The translations under genes were made by a program, and so were the position numbers. A DNA stretch of 61,382 bases, counting the filler. It is 5 parts of 5 records of this genome, joined end to end, with 100 filler letters (N's around TTAATTAATTAA, not from the genome) between each part and the next. Parts side by side here need not be neighbours in the genome. Positions count along the whole stretch, not along the records: positions 9,105 to 28,048 come from DRR723986_9101; positions 28,149 to 45,675 come from DRR723986_9105; 3 more parts are not named here. The stretch is one strand, 5' to 3'. The notes below the pieces were generated by a model, which made no database searches, was not told the DNA's origin, and saw only the letters and a program-made list of their open reading frames with translations. Below, in pieces: positions 24,480 through 33,717 of this stretch. Numbering within the stretch: position 1 is the first letter of the stretch; every line of letters starts with the position of its first letter.

Positions 24480-25151
24480 CTAGCCCTCCCCCTTCATCCT
24501 GGCCTGAAGCTTCCTGAGCTGGCTTTCCAGAGAAACGCTGACACTCGAGGCCATTGAGAAAAAGTTGAGCAGTGCCTTCAGATTACTGTCGCCCTTGCAA
24601 ACAGCATGTATCCGCTGCCAGAGCGCCTGATTCACCAGCTGTAATCGCTGATTACGCTCCACCAGACCTTTCAGTTCCCAGTCCGCTTCCTGCTGATTCC
24701 GCTTTGCGAAAAGCTGTTGAAGCAGATAATACCCCACACTGCGCATCACAAATTCATCGCTGTTGGCAAACGGCAGGTGGTGGAGCGCCATCGGCTTGAG
24801 CTCCGAAAGCACAGGGCAGCCACTGGTAGCCATCTTGAGCCCCAGCAGAGAACGCAACGCCTCTTCCAGCGTCGTCTGCTTGAAATAGGAGCGGCGCTCA
24901 TCCGTCACGGTTACATCCACTTTCTGATACGCGTCTTCCGCCTGAAACGCCTCTACGACCGGCAGAATCTCGGTTGCCGCCGGGCAATACGGGGTCTCGC
25001 CAGGCTTCAGCGGGCAGTTCGAACACTGACAGTGTTCGAGACGAACCCAGGCCGGCAGTGACTGACCCTGCGGCGGCGAGGAGGACTCCCCAGTTACCTT
25101 GAACTCGATATCACGGCCATCCTGAAATTTGAAATTGTAATTTATGTTCAT
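24480..25151 (-). CDS. Cys-rich hypothetical protein (DUF6901-like)
   Basis: HCQCSNCPL...CPAA, MATSGCP, HLPFA. Start overlaps the uup stop. Confidence 0.65.
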   Translation of the reverse strand: MNINYNFKFQDGRDIEFKVTGESSSPPQGQSLPAWVRLEHCQCSNCPLKPGETPYCPAATEILPVVEAFQAEDAYQKVDVTVTDERRSYFKQTTLEEALRSLLGLKMATSGCPVLSELKPMALHHLPFANSDEFVMRSVGYYLLQQLFAKRNQQEADWELKGLVERNQRLQLVNQALWQRIHAVCKGDSNLKALLNFFSMASSVSVSLESQLRKLQARMKGEG

Positions 25152-27085
25152 TGGTTCGCCTGTTCTTCCAGCTCCATCCACCGTTCAATCACCGACTCCA
25201 GGCGAGACTCCGTTTCCGCCAGCTGTTCCAGAGTGGCCGATACATCTTCCGGTGGGCCTGAATAAAAATCCGGTGCAGAAATTTTATCCTGAAGCTCAGC
25301 TACCTGCTGCTCCAGTTGTTCGATTTTGCCGGGCAATTGTTCCAGCTCAAGTTTAAGCTTGTAGCTCAGTTTGACGGGCTTTGATTTTGCCGACTGCCCC
25401 ACAGTACCGCCATCCTGACCTGGCTTTTTAGCGGAACTGTCGGGTTTATCACGCTTATCCTGTTTGTCCAGTCGGCTTCCCGATGTTTCAGAGGGAAAAC
25501 GACCGCCTTGCCGACGCCAATCGGTGTATCCACCCACGTATTCCATCACCGCCCCGGAACCGTCCAGGAAGATGGTATCGGTCACCACGTTATCGAGAAA
25601 TTCCCGATCGTGACTGATAACAATCACGGTACCCTTGAACTCTGAAAGCTGTTCTTCCAGCAATTCCAGGGTTTCGACGTCAAGATCGTTGGTAGGTTCG
25701 TCCAGTACCAGAATATTGGCTGGCTTACTGAACAATTTGGCCAGCAACAGTCTCGCCCGCTCACCACCGGAGAACACACGCACAGGAGAGCGTGCCCGTT
25801 CCGGGGTAAACAGAAATTCCTGCAAATAACCCAAAACATGCTTGCTCTGACCATTGATATCGATGAATTCCCGGCCCTCAGCCAGGTTATCCAACGCATT
25901 TCTCTGGAGATCCAGCTCTCCCCGAAGCTGGTCAAAGTAGGCGACCTGAAGATTCGTTCCCAGCCGAATACTTCCCTCAGTGGGTGTCAGCTCACCTAAC
26001 AACAGGCGCACGAGGGTCGTCTTGCCCGTGCCGTTCTCACCAACCAGTCCGATCTTGTCGCCCCGGAGAATGGTGAGATCCATATTGCGAACCACTGGCT
26101 CGCCATCGACATAAGAGAATCCGGCATTGCTCGCTTCCGCAACCAGCTTGCCCGAAATATCCGCCTGCTCTACGGCAAAACTGGCGGTGCCACCCCTCAC
26201 CCGGCGTTGCCTGTGCTCTTCCCGCATCGCTTTGAGCGCTCTCACCCGCCCCATATTCCGGGTGCGGCGAGCCTTGATACCCTGGCGGATCCAGGCCTCT
26301 TCCTGTTTCAGGCGCTTGTCGAAAAGCGCGTTCTGGCGCTCCTCTTCCTCCAGCGCTTTTTCCTTAAGCTCCAGATATCTGTCATAACTGGCCGCAAAAC
26401 TCACCAGCTGCCCCCGGTCCAGCTCCACGACGCGAGTGGCCATTCGCCGGATAAAGGCACGGTCATGACTGACAAACAACATGGCCCCCCGGAACTGCGA
26501 TAACGCCTCTTCCAGCCAGGCAATGGCGGGCACATCCAGATGGTTGGTTGGCTCATCCAGCAACAGAATATCCGGGTCTGCCACCAACGCCCTGGCCAGA
26601 AGCACTCGCCGCTGCCACCCCCCGGAAAGCGTATTCAGTACCCGATCCGGATCCACTCCATACTGCCCCAGAATCGTGGTTACCTTCTGGTCAAGCCGCC
26701 AGCCATCCAGAGATTCCAGCCGTTCCTGAACCTTCATCAAACGCTCAAGACTGGATTCGTCCGCCCTTTGAGACAGCCGGTGGAATTCCGCCAACAGGTC
26801 ACCGGTTTCCGGAAATGCGGAAGCCACCACATCATAGGCCGTACGAGTGTCGTCCGATGGCAAACTCTGAGGCAACACCGACAGCACTGAGCCATCTTCC
26901 ATGCGCACCACACCGCCGTCCGGCGTCACTTCCCCGCTGACGATCTTCAGCAGCGTGGATTTCCCCTCACCGTTTCGCCCCAACAGACACACCCGTTCAC
27001 CGGGCTCGATGGTCAGGCTGGCCTCATCCAGCAATGGATGCATGCCATAGGCGAGCGAAATCCTGTCTAGCGATAACAGTGGCAC
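25148..27085 (-). CDS. uup: ABC-F ATPase Uup
   Basis: Two ABC cassettes (GRNGEGKST/LSGGW; GENGTGKTT/FSGGE), WIRQGIKARRTRN linker, C-terminal KLSYK coiled coil. Confidence 0.92.
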   Translation of the reverse strand: MPLLSLDRISLAYGMHPLLDEASLTIEPGERVCLLGRNGEGKSTLLKIVSGEVTPDGGVVRMEDGSVLSVLPQSLPSDDTRTAYDVVASAFPETGDLLAEFHRLSQRADESSLERLMKVQERLESLDGWRLDQKVTTILGQYGVDPDRVLNTLSGGWQRRVLLARALVADPDILLLDEPTNHLDVPAIAWLEEALSQFRGAMLFVSHDRAFIRRMATRVVELDRGQLVSFAASYDRYLELKEKALEEEERQNALFDKRLKQEEAWIRQGIKARRTRNMGRVRALKAMREEHRQRRVRGGTASFAVEQADISGKLVAEASNAGFSYVDGEPVVRNMDLTILRGDKIGLVGENGTGKTTLVRLLLGELTPTEGSIRLGTNLQVAYFDQLRGELDLQRNALDNLAEGREFIDINGQSKHVLGYLQEFLFTPERARSPVRVFSGGERARLLLAKLFSKPANILVLDEPTNDLDVETLELLEEQLSEFKGTVIVISHDREFLDNVVTDTIFLDGSGAVMEYVGGYTDWRRQGGRFPSETSGSRLDKQDKRDKPDSSAKKPGQDGGTVGQSAKSKPVKLSYKLKLELEQLPGKIEQLEQQVAELQDKISAPDFYSGPPEDVSATLEQLAETESRLESVIERWMELEEQANQ

Positions 27086-27089
27086 TGTA

Positions 27090-27887
27090 TCAATTCTCCT
27101 GATTCAAAACGGTTACCTCATCGCCCACAGATATCTCGCCGGGCTTCTGGTGCACGGCATTTTGCCCAAAAATAACGCCGTCCCGGGTCTTTCGATAGCT
27201 GGCCAGAGTCTTGAGGGGCTGAGTGGCGGAATCTTTCTCGCCAGTATCCGGGTTGACCGTGGTCATCACACAACGGGAGCAGGGTTTGACAAGATCCAGC
27301 CGGCTTTCACCAACGCTGACGCTCCGCCAGGTGTCTTCCGCCCAGGCCCCCGCCCCCTCAACCACAATGTTCGGCCTGAAGCGACGCATATCGACCGGGG
27401 ATTCGAGACGGGAATTGAGCTCATCCAGAGACGACTGGTTAACCACCAGCAACGGGAAGCCATCGGCAAAACCCACTCGGCGTTCAGCACTGACACGACC
27501 AGGATCCACCCGCCGGAAACAGCTATCAGGCATATAAACCAGCCTGAGCGTTTCTCCGCAATAGCGGCTCAAGGCCTCGGCAGCACGATCAGCTCCTGCA
27601 GTGGCAACCACCTGATCTCTCCAAACCGTTACTTCCACGGCGTCTGTGCCGGCCGTAAGCGGGAAAAGCCCCTCGCCAGGCACATCAATAACCACCACGC
27701 CCTCCTGCAGAGCAGTGTAAACATTGGCGAGCTGAGGCAACCGACGCTGAGTGACGAAGCGGTTATCCCCATCAACAATCATCCAGCGGCGATCACCTTG
27801 CGGGCCGAAATCATCCAAGCTGAAACGGGACACTTCGATTCCAGCCAACGATTTGACCGGGTAGATATAGAGGGTTTTCACCTTCAT
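27090..27887 (-). CDS. MOSC domain protein (YcbX-like)
   Basis: IYPVKS, DRRWM, FADGFP, RRFRPN, KPCSRC, FGQN. Confidence 0.92.
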   Translation of the reverse strand: MKVKTLYIYPVKSLAGIEVSRFSLDDFGPQGDRRWMIVDGDNRFVTQRRLPQLANVYTALQEGVVVIDVPGEGLFPLTAGTDAVEVTVWRDQVVATAGADRAAEALSRYCGETLRLVYMPDSCFRRVDPGRVSAERRVGFADGFPLLVVNQSSLDELNSRLESPVDMRRFRPNIVVEGAGAWAEDTWRSVSVGESRLDLVKPCSRCVMTTVNPDTGEKDSATQPLKTLASYRKTRDGVIFGQNAVHQKPGEISVGDEVTVLNQEN

Positions 27888-27986
27888 GGCTTCGCCTTCC
27901 TCAGTTGCCGGATTATTCAGGAAATGGCTGCCGAGTATAACTGACGAGACAGAGGTAGTGAGTGATTTTGCGAGGCTATAAACGAA

Positions 27987-28011
27987 GAAACCCGGCCTTA
28001 GGCCGGGTTTC
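27987..28011 (-). terminator. Terminator downstream of tRNA-Gly
   Basis: GAAACCCGGCC-TTA-GGCCGGGTTTC hairpin followed by TTCGTTT on the minus strand. Confidence 0.75.
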
Positions 28012-28018
28012 CGAATTC

Positions 28019-28048
28019 TGGAGCGGGAAACGAGATTCGAACTCGCGA
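28019..28048 (-). tRNA. tRNA-Gly (GCC-type), 3' part only
   Basis: Minus strand TCGCGAGTTCGAATCTCGTTTCCCGCTCCA, truncated by the contig end. Confidence 0.85.
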
Positions 28049-28148
28049 NNNNNNNNNNNNNNNNNNNNNNNNNNNNNNNNNNNNNNNNNNNNTTAATTAA
28101 TTAANNNNNNNNNNNNNNNNNNNNNNNNNNNNNNNNNNNNNNNNNNNN
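28049..28148. other. Artificial contig spacer
   Basis: 44 N + TTAATTAATTAA + 44 N. Confidence 0.98.
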
Positions 28149-28280
28149 GCTTGAAGCTAAGAAGGGGAAGTTTACAATACCACTCAGATTGCCATATCAA
28201 TAAATATTCTTATGTGAAGCAGGTTAAGACAAATGGTGCATTTGTGTCTGTCGTTTTGATTTCAATTGCAGGAGTAATGA

Positions 28281-28763
28281 ATGAATTTTAGAGATTGGTT
28301 GAACAGATGGAATGTCGGACCTCTTAAGGTCAATCTTCAATTTCTTCAAATGGAATGGGATCCTACCGATGCGGACAAAGATGCCGCTTGGGAAATGTAC
28401 ATTGAATTAATTACCCGGATTACAACACAATATCTCGATCCGGAACACGGAGATGAAAAAACAGCACTGGACAGTGTCCACAAGATATTCGACTTGACTC
28501 GTGAGATAATAAAAAGAAAAGGACGGCAAACAATTTCTTTTGCGAAGGTTGCAGTTCTCATTCTAAATCAAAAAATACGTCCATTCACAGCAAAATGGCA
28601 CAAGCTAAGCCTAGAGGGAGGTTTTGATGATGCCGACAGGTGCATTCAATTTCGTGAGGAATTATCGGTACTGCAAGGGGTCCTGCGTGAATACACGCGC
28701 ATGCTCGCGGACCTTGCAGGAGTCGAAGATTTGACGTCTCTGGAAAATGATTCGAAAGATTGA
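28281..28763 (+). CDS. Conserved-looking hypothetical protein (160 aa)
   Basis: AGGAG RBS. Motifs AAWEMYIELITR, GDEKTALDS, LNQKIRPFTAKWH. Function unknown. Confidence 0.75.
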   Translation: MNFRDWLNRWNVGPLKVNLQFLQMEWDPTDADKDAAWEMYIELITRITTQYLDPEHGDEKTALDSVHKIFDLTREIIKRKGRQTISFAKVAVLILNQKIRPFTAKWHKLSLEGGFDDADRCIQFREELSVLQGVLREYTRMLADLAGVEDLTSLENDSKD

Positions 28764-28803
28764 TCTGCATTCTGTCTTAACTGAATCATCGTCTGAACTC
28801 GAT

Positions 28804-30504
28804 TTAAATAGACACTGGCAACAAGTCTGCGACTGTGCGACCGGCATGGGTAAATTTCAATGCCAATTTCTCATTTGAATTTTGCTGGTAGTATTCTATG
28901 AATGCCTGATATGTATTTACGGGCAACAAGCTATATGAGTAGCCTCGAAGTTTTGATATCACTTTTCCAGATAGCAAGTATTCAATGTCACTGGCAGGTG
29001 GATTTCCATTCTGCAATCGTATTCTGATTTCAAGAAGCTTTTCTTGCAACTTGAATTCTTCAACAGAATGCAGTTCGTCAGAGTATGCTTCAAATTTCGT
29101 CTGGTAAGTATGCAGGTTTTTGCTTGAATATTCGTGACTCAGGCAAGAAAGAATTAGGTGGTAGTATGTATGGCTTGTGCGTCGAATTTCTTCGCTTTTC
29201 ACAAAATACTCGAGTGCTTCGACTAAATGTTGTTCCCTCTGCTTATGATCACCAGAAAAGTAGCACAACTGTGCCTTGGCAAATGCAAGGAATCCTTTGC
29301 CCTTCCAGTTAATTTTGGCAGAATCTCCAGAATCAATAGATTCTTCCTCATAGCTCAGAAGTAATTTTTCCGATTCTTCAAAAAGTCTCTGTGACTGTTC
29401 GAACTCTCCAATCTGCACGTAAGAAAGAGCACAGTTATATGTGATGAAATCAAGTTTGATCCTTTGACCGGAAGCTTGGGCCAAGTTGATTCCTTTTTCA
29501 AAAATCTTGATCGAGTCATCAAACCTTCTAATTTGCTGCAAAATTAACCCGTTAATGTCAAACGCCCGGACGTAGTATTTTGTCCACGCAGAATCATGTT
29601 CAGTAAGCTTACGCAACTTGTCACGTGTTTCAGCCACCTCGCTAAGCAATTTAATCCTGGTGTCGAAACTTTTTGCAGTTTTCCGTTCAACATCAGCACT
29701 CTCAAGATATAATAAAGTTCGAACTTGATCATTGTTGCATTGTTCAACATGCCTTCTGAAGATATCGATTGCTAATGTAGCCTTTCTGGTCTCACCCTTT
29801 CGATTGTGATAGGTTAGCAATTTGTACAAGTGCTCAAAATATGAAACATCAAGATAGTTGTTGTTGGTCACCCAGTCTTGCAGTGATTCATAAACAAATC
29901 CCGCAAGTGGGGCATATTTAACAATATCGATAGCTTCCGACTTAGGTTCAACACCTCTGGCGAGTTCTAAAGCATTACTGAAACGTCTAATGATCGAAAT
30001 CTGAAATCGGCCATCTTTGTGCAGAGTATTGATTTTCGCGAGAATTTGATCTATTTGTTTTTCGTAAGCATGTTTGACGTCCAAATCTATTCGGTGTTTG
30101 GCGACGAATTCTGGCTCAATCTCCAACATCTGATTCTTGGTAAGTCCAAGATTAATCGGGATGACTGGATATTTACCTCTTACTTCTTCAGTCGCATACA
30201 TTGCTCTAAGTTCAGTTTTTAGCCAATTAACCCTGCTCTTCAAAAGTTTGTCATAGTAGAATGGTGTCAATAGAATAATGGCACTTCTTGCTTTTGTGAT
30301 ACCGCGATTTATCTCATCACGCAAATAGTCACCTACTCCAATGTGGCTCTCATCATGCCAAACCAGATAATCGGCATTCCTGAGTGCACCAACAATTTTT
30401 CTGGCAAAGTCAACATCTTCACTTGAGTAGGATAAAAAATAGTCGTTTTCAAAACTGAATGACTGGAAAATCGAGTCAGTATTTGGCGTAGAGTCAGTGG
30501 GCAT
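28804..30504 (-). CDS. TIR-domain protein with C-terminal TPR-like repeats
   Basis: YFLSYSSED...VWHDE...GDYLRDEINRGI...IILLTP...WLKTEL (catalytic Glu present), then helical TPR-like repeats (NGLILQQIRRFDDSIKIFEKG; NCALSYVQIGEFEQSQRLFEES). No Walker A seen. Start uncertain. Confidence 0.82.
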   Translation of the reverse strand: MPTDSTPNTDSIFQSFSFENDYFLSYSSEDVDFARKIVGALRNADYLVWHDESHIGVGDYLRDEINRGITKARSAIILLTPFYYDKLLKSRVNWLKTELRAMYATEEVRGKYPVIPINLGLTKNQMLEIEPEFVAKHRIDLDVKHAYEKQIDQILAKINTLHKDGRFQISIIRRFSNALELARGVEPKSEAIDIVKYAPLAGFVYESLQDWVTNNNYLDVSYFEHLYKLLTYHNRKGETRKATLAIDIFRRHVEQCNNDQVRTLLYLESADVERKTAKSFDTRIKLLSEVAETRDKLRKLTEHDSAWTKYYVRAFDINGLILQQIRRFDDSIKIFEKGINLAQASGQRIKLDFITYNCALSYVQIGEFEQSQRLFEESEKLLLSYEEESIDSGDSAKINWKGKGFLAFAKAQLCYFSGDHKQREQHLVEALEYFVKSEEIRRTSHTYYHLILSCLSHEYSSKNLHTYQTKFEAYSDELHSVEEFKLQEKLLEIRIRLQNGNPPASDIEYLLSGKVISKLRGYSYSLLPVNTYQAFIEYYQQNSNEKLALKFTHAGRTVADLLPVSI

Positions 30505-30739
30505 GTTGATAAATGTTGGATTTGGGAATCGATGAAAATGAGTTATCGGTACAACGCTAGGCAAATAACAGACCGACTCAATTATATGGTAAATTGAAGA
30601 TACTCAATATCCATAGCCTGGCAAATACCCAAAATAAATGTATTGTTGATATGTAGATTTCCCCACGCTATCTCAATTCGCCCGTTCCGTCAGCATCTGC
30701 ATTATACCGGCAAAGATTCGTTCTTGTTACTCGCTTGAA

Positions 30740-31174
30740 TCAAGTCCCAAGACATAAGATTTGTTCTTCGAATTGACGCCGCTCCTTTCGCTCCAGTTCA
30801 CGTTCGATCCGCCCGACCAGACAGGCGAGCCAGTTCGGCGGTTCTGACGGCATTTCCGTCAAATTTTGAGGCATCGGGAGATGTTTCCAATCAGGCAATT
30901 CTAATTTTGCCGCTCCGCCGCCAAGACCGGCGCATGTATGCACTTCGCGGAATGGTTCAAACGCGGACGAATTCATATAGGCTAACGCAGCTCGTGCAAT
31001 TGCGGGACAGTTAAACCTGTAGGTGAACAAGTTGTGATCGATTAGTGCTCCTTTGGGTGATTCAAAGATTGCAAAGCGATTGCCGGTACTCATAGGCAAA
31101 AGCATGTCACCGCAGCCAGTCTCCGGCAGGCACCACTAATTGCGATATCCTTGTGCAGATGGAACCAATCGCCA
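30740..31174 (-). pseudogene. Decayed copy of the 3' end of 34782-36266 (MTase C-terminal half/TRD)
   Basis: WRLVPSAQGYRN*WCLPE...LLPMSTGNRFAIFESPKGALIDHNLFT...GLGGGAAKLE. In-frame TAG at 31136-31138; N-terminal two-thirds missing. Confidence 0.85.
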
Positions 31175-31568
31175 GGATCTATCTCTACCAGATCTCACTG
31201 AAAAGGACCGGCCAATTTCACGATCATGACCGCGCAATCCCAGGAAAATGACCGACTGCATCAGTTAGTGATGCCATCGAGGAGCGTCGTGGTGTTCGGA
31301 CATTATCTTCTCACGATTACGGTTCTTCTTTTGCGTATTCTGCCAAGGTAACCGTGAAGTAAGGCCGTCGAATAGGAAGATTCCATTGCGCGGCATACAC
31401 GTGATGCTACGGCTTCATTAATTTAATCACTCCATGACTACCTGATCGTTGCGCCAATAATTGATTCGAAAGTCAGCATTCACAAGATGCTCAAATGATA
31501 TGCCGCAATTGGTCGAAGATAGCTTTAGCCGCTTTTCGTGATGTTTTTGCGTTTGCTCCAATTCATAT

Positions 31569-32227
31569 TTATTCCTTATCGGCCGGAATCATTCGTAGCA
31601 TTCCAGGCGCTGTAAACCCCACCTCATAAGCCACCCTAAACTCGCACTCACTCAACGGCCCCGGCTGAATATCAAAGATATCTCCGCAAATAATTAGGCC
31701 ACGCATTCCAAACAGTGCCAAATTGATAACGCTCATCTTAGCCATGGTACAATCAATGTCTATCCCGTACAATAAGACATTTGGCACAAGACGCCCTGCA
31801 GCTAGCAATAAACGTCCAGAACCACAGCATGGATCACAAATGGTCGGAGACTCCTCGCCTTCTTGAATGTCCAATGTTTGGGCAACAACCATGTCAGCCA
31901 GATCCTGGCGTGTCATTGTCTGGCCAAGGTGTTTTTGGCCGAAATTGGCGTTTGCAAAGTAGTTGTCCAAGATTTCGGCCGTTACAGTTTAAGTAAATGA
32001 TGCAAAAACGCAACTTTTGATGCGCAAGCAATGTTTGGAAATCTTCGTCAATGCCAAGTCATTTTCTTAGGTCCTCCATTGATTCACTTGAGATATATGT
32101 GTGAATTACACAAATTATAACAGTTCAGGTACGTGTCAATCACTTCTTTCAACTTGACTTCATCACTCATGAAGTTACTGAAAATGGGATGTAAAAGTCT
32201 GGCTGATTGGGTTAGAAAGTTAAACAT
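31569..32227 (-). pseudogene. Frameshifted copy of the N-6 DNA methylase N-terminal half (36250-36942)
   Basis: Begins MFNFLTQSARLLHPIF (vs MFKFQTKTAHQLHSIF), loses frame, resumes as 31569-31970 with ICDPCCGSGRLL...LYGIDID..MAKMS. Confidence 0.85.
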
Positions 32228-32532
32228 CTTGATTTAGTTGTGTCAAACCAGTTCCTTCAGCTTTTTCGCCGGGTTCTCCATGAGATGGATAATCCGTAAA
32301 GTCTTCCAGCATTTGAATTAAGTAAAAGAGATTTCCGGTAGCATTAATGTCGGTGACTCGATGTAGTTGCTCAAAGATGTCGTCTGCATTCACTAACTTC
32401 AATTCGAATGGAAATATTTCATTGAACCAGCGGTTGTCGACTACCAAACCGTAGCGTGAAATGTAGCGGACGAGTGGACTGCAAAGGTTCGATCACGTGA
32501 TACGACTCCGGCAGCAGTGCCCGCATATAACG
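32220..32532 (-). pseudogene. Decayed copy of the 3' part of 36953-37570
   Basis: RWFNEIFPFEL...DDIFEQLHRVT...GNLFYLIQMLEDFTDYP. Nucleotide similarity to about 36960-37245. Confidence 0.85.
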
Positions 32533-32739
32533 AATTACTTCGTGACTGCCTCATTTCGCACAAATGACCGTTGTATCTCACGAAATTTTGTGTCGTCAGT
32601 CACTACATGTTGGCAATTTGGGGACTAACGCTCGTGAAATAAACCGTAATCCGAAGCAACAACTTTTCTAATAGTTACGGAAACTCTAACAAGGAAGTAA
32701 CACTGTGATTATTTAAAGGTTTGTATCCGCTTTGCGTTC

Positions 32740-33300
32740 TTACAGCTCTTCTCTACCCTCAAACCATGCTACCAAAGGATCGATTCTGTGGTCATCGATT
32801 AAGCTTTCGTGCCAAGAATAATCGTTCGAAGAAGCAAGGGTAAACCAGCCGATGAACTTCGAGATGTGTACCCATGATGGCGGAGCAGAATCTTGCCCTA
32901 AAGATCGAGTATGGTAGTTGGTCTTTCCATCCTGTACCGTGACAATAGCAATTCCATGTTCGGTTGCGAATTTGATGGCCCCGCTTTGAAAGCCAGATGT
33001 CGAGAAGATCATGCCCTTGTGGGCTCCTAATTCCTGTAATTTCTGATTCAAAAGCATGAGCATGTCTCGCTTAATTGGATCTTTATGACGTTTGCATTCT
33101 ACCAGAACTACGATTTCGGCACCACCAAAGATTTCAAACCGGGCCACTGCATCTATCTCATACTCTCCGCTTCGCCCTTGAAGATGTTCACGATGAGTTA
33201 CAGTGAAACTCTTGAGGTCATTACGCGACTGTGCGAGCCAAGCTTTGACTTGCTGCTCGAATTTTTTTGGAGTGATGTCGACGGGTTCAAATTCTCTCAT
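32740..33300 (-). CDS. Stand-alone Mrr-like (PD-(D/E)xK) restriction endonuclease
   Basis: PKKFEQQV...EIDAV...LVECKRH...KGMIFSTSGFQSGA..FA..HGI. Start may extend to 33342. Confidence 0.85.
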   Translation of the reverse strand: MREFEPVDITPKKFEQQVKAWLAQSRNDLKSFTVTHREHLQGRSGEYEIDAVARFEIFGGAEIVVLVECKRHKDPIKRDMLMLLNQKLQELGAHKGMIFSTSGFQSGAIKFATEHGIAIVTVQDGKTNYHTRSLGQDSAPPSWVHISKFIGWFTLASSNDYSWHESLIDDHRIDPLVAWFEGREEL

Positions 33301-33717
33301 AAGGTAACTACAAGTTTTGGAAGAATGATCCGCGTATAGCAACGGTAATGATTCAGCCTAGTACAGAGATAACGACAGCGCAAGCCGTTAAAAAAGTACG
33401 GATTTTTTCGGCTTGCTTCCAAGGTAGTCGAGCATAGTACTACAACTCGGCACCTTCCGGAACGAGTCGGACGGTGCCTATACCGGCGACTATGTCTTCT
33501 GTAGAGTTCTTGTCTTGTTTTCTAACGGTCAGGACTACCTCGTCTGTTACTTCATTCTGCCAGTTTTAAAGAGAATTAACAGATTGACTCTGTGGTACTA
33601 GGTCTGTGCTGGCTCGACTCCAAAAATCATTGACTAGTTGCGGCGGATGCAACAAGGGCATAAAACGAACAGTAAAGACATGAATCCACTGAATTGCATG
33701 TTAATATGTCGTTTGAC

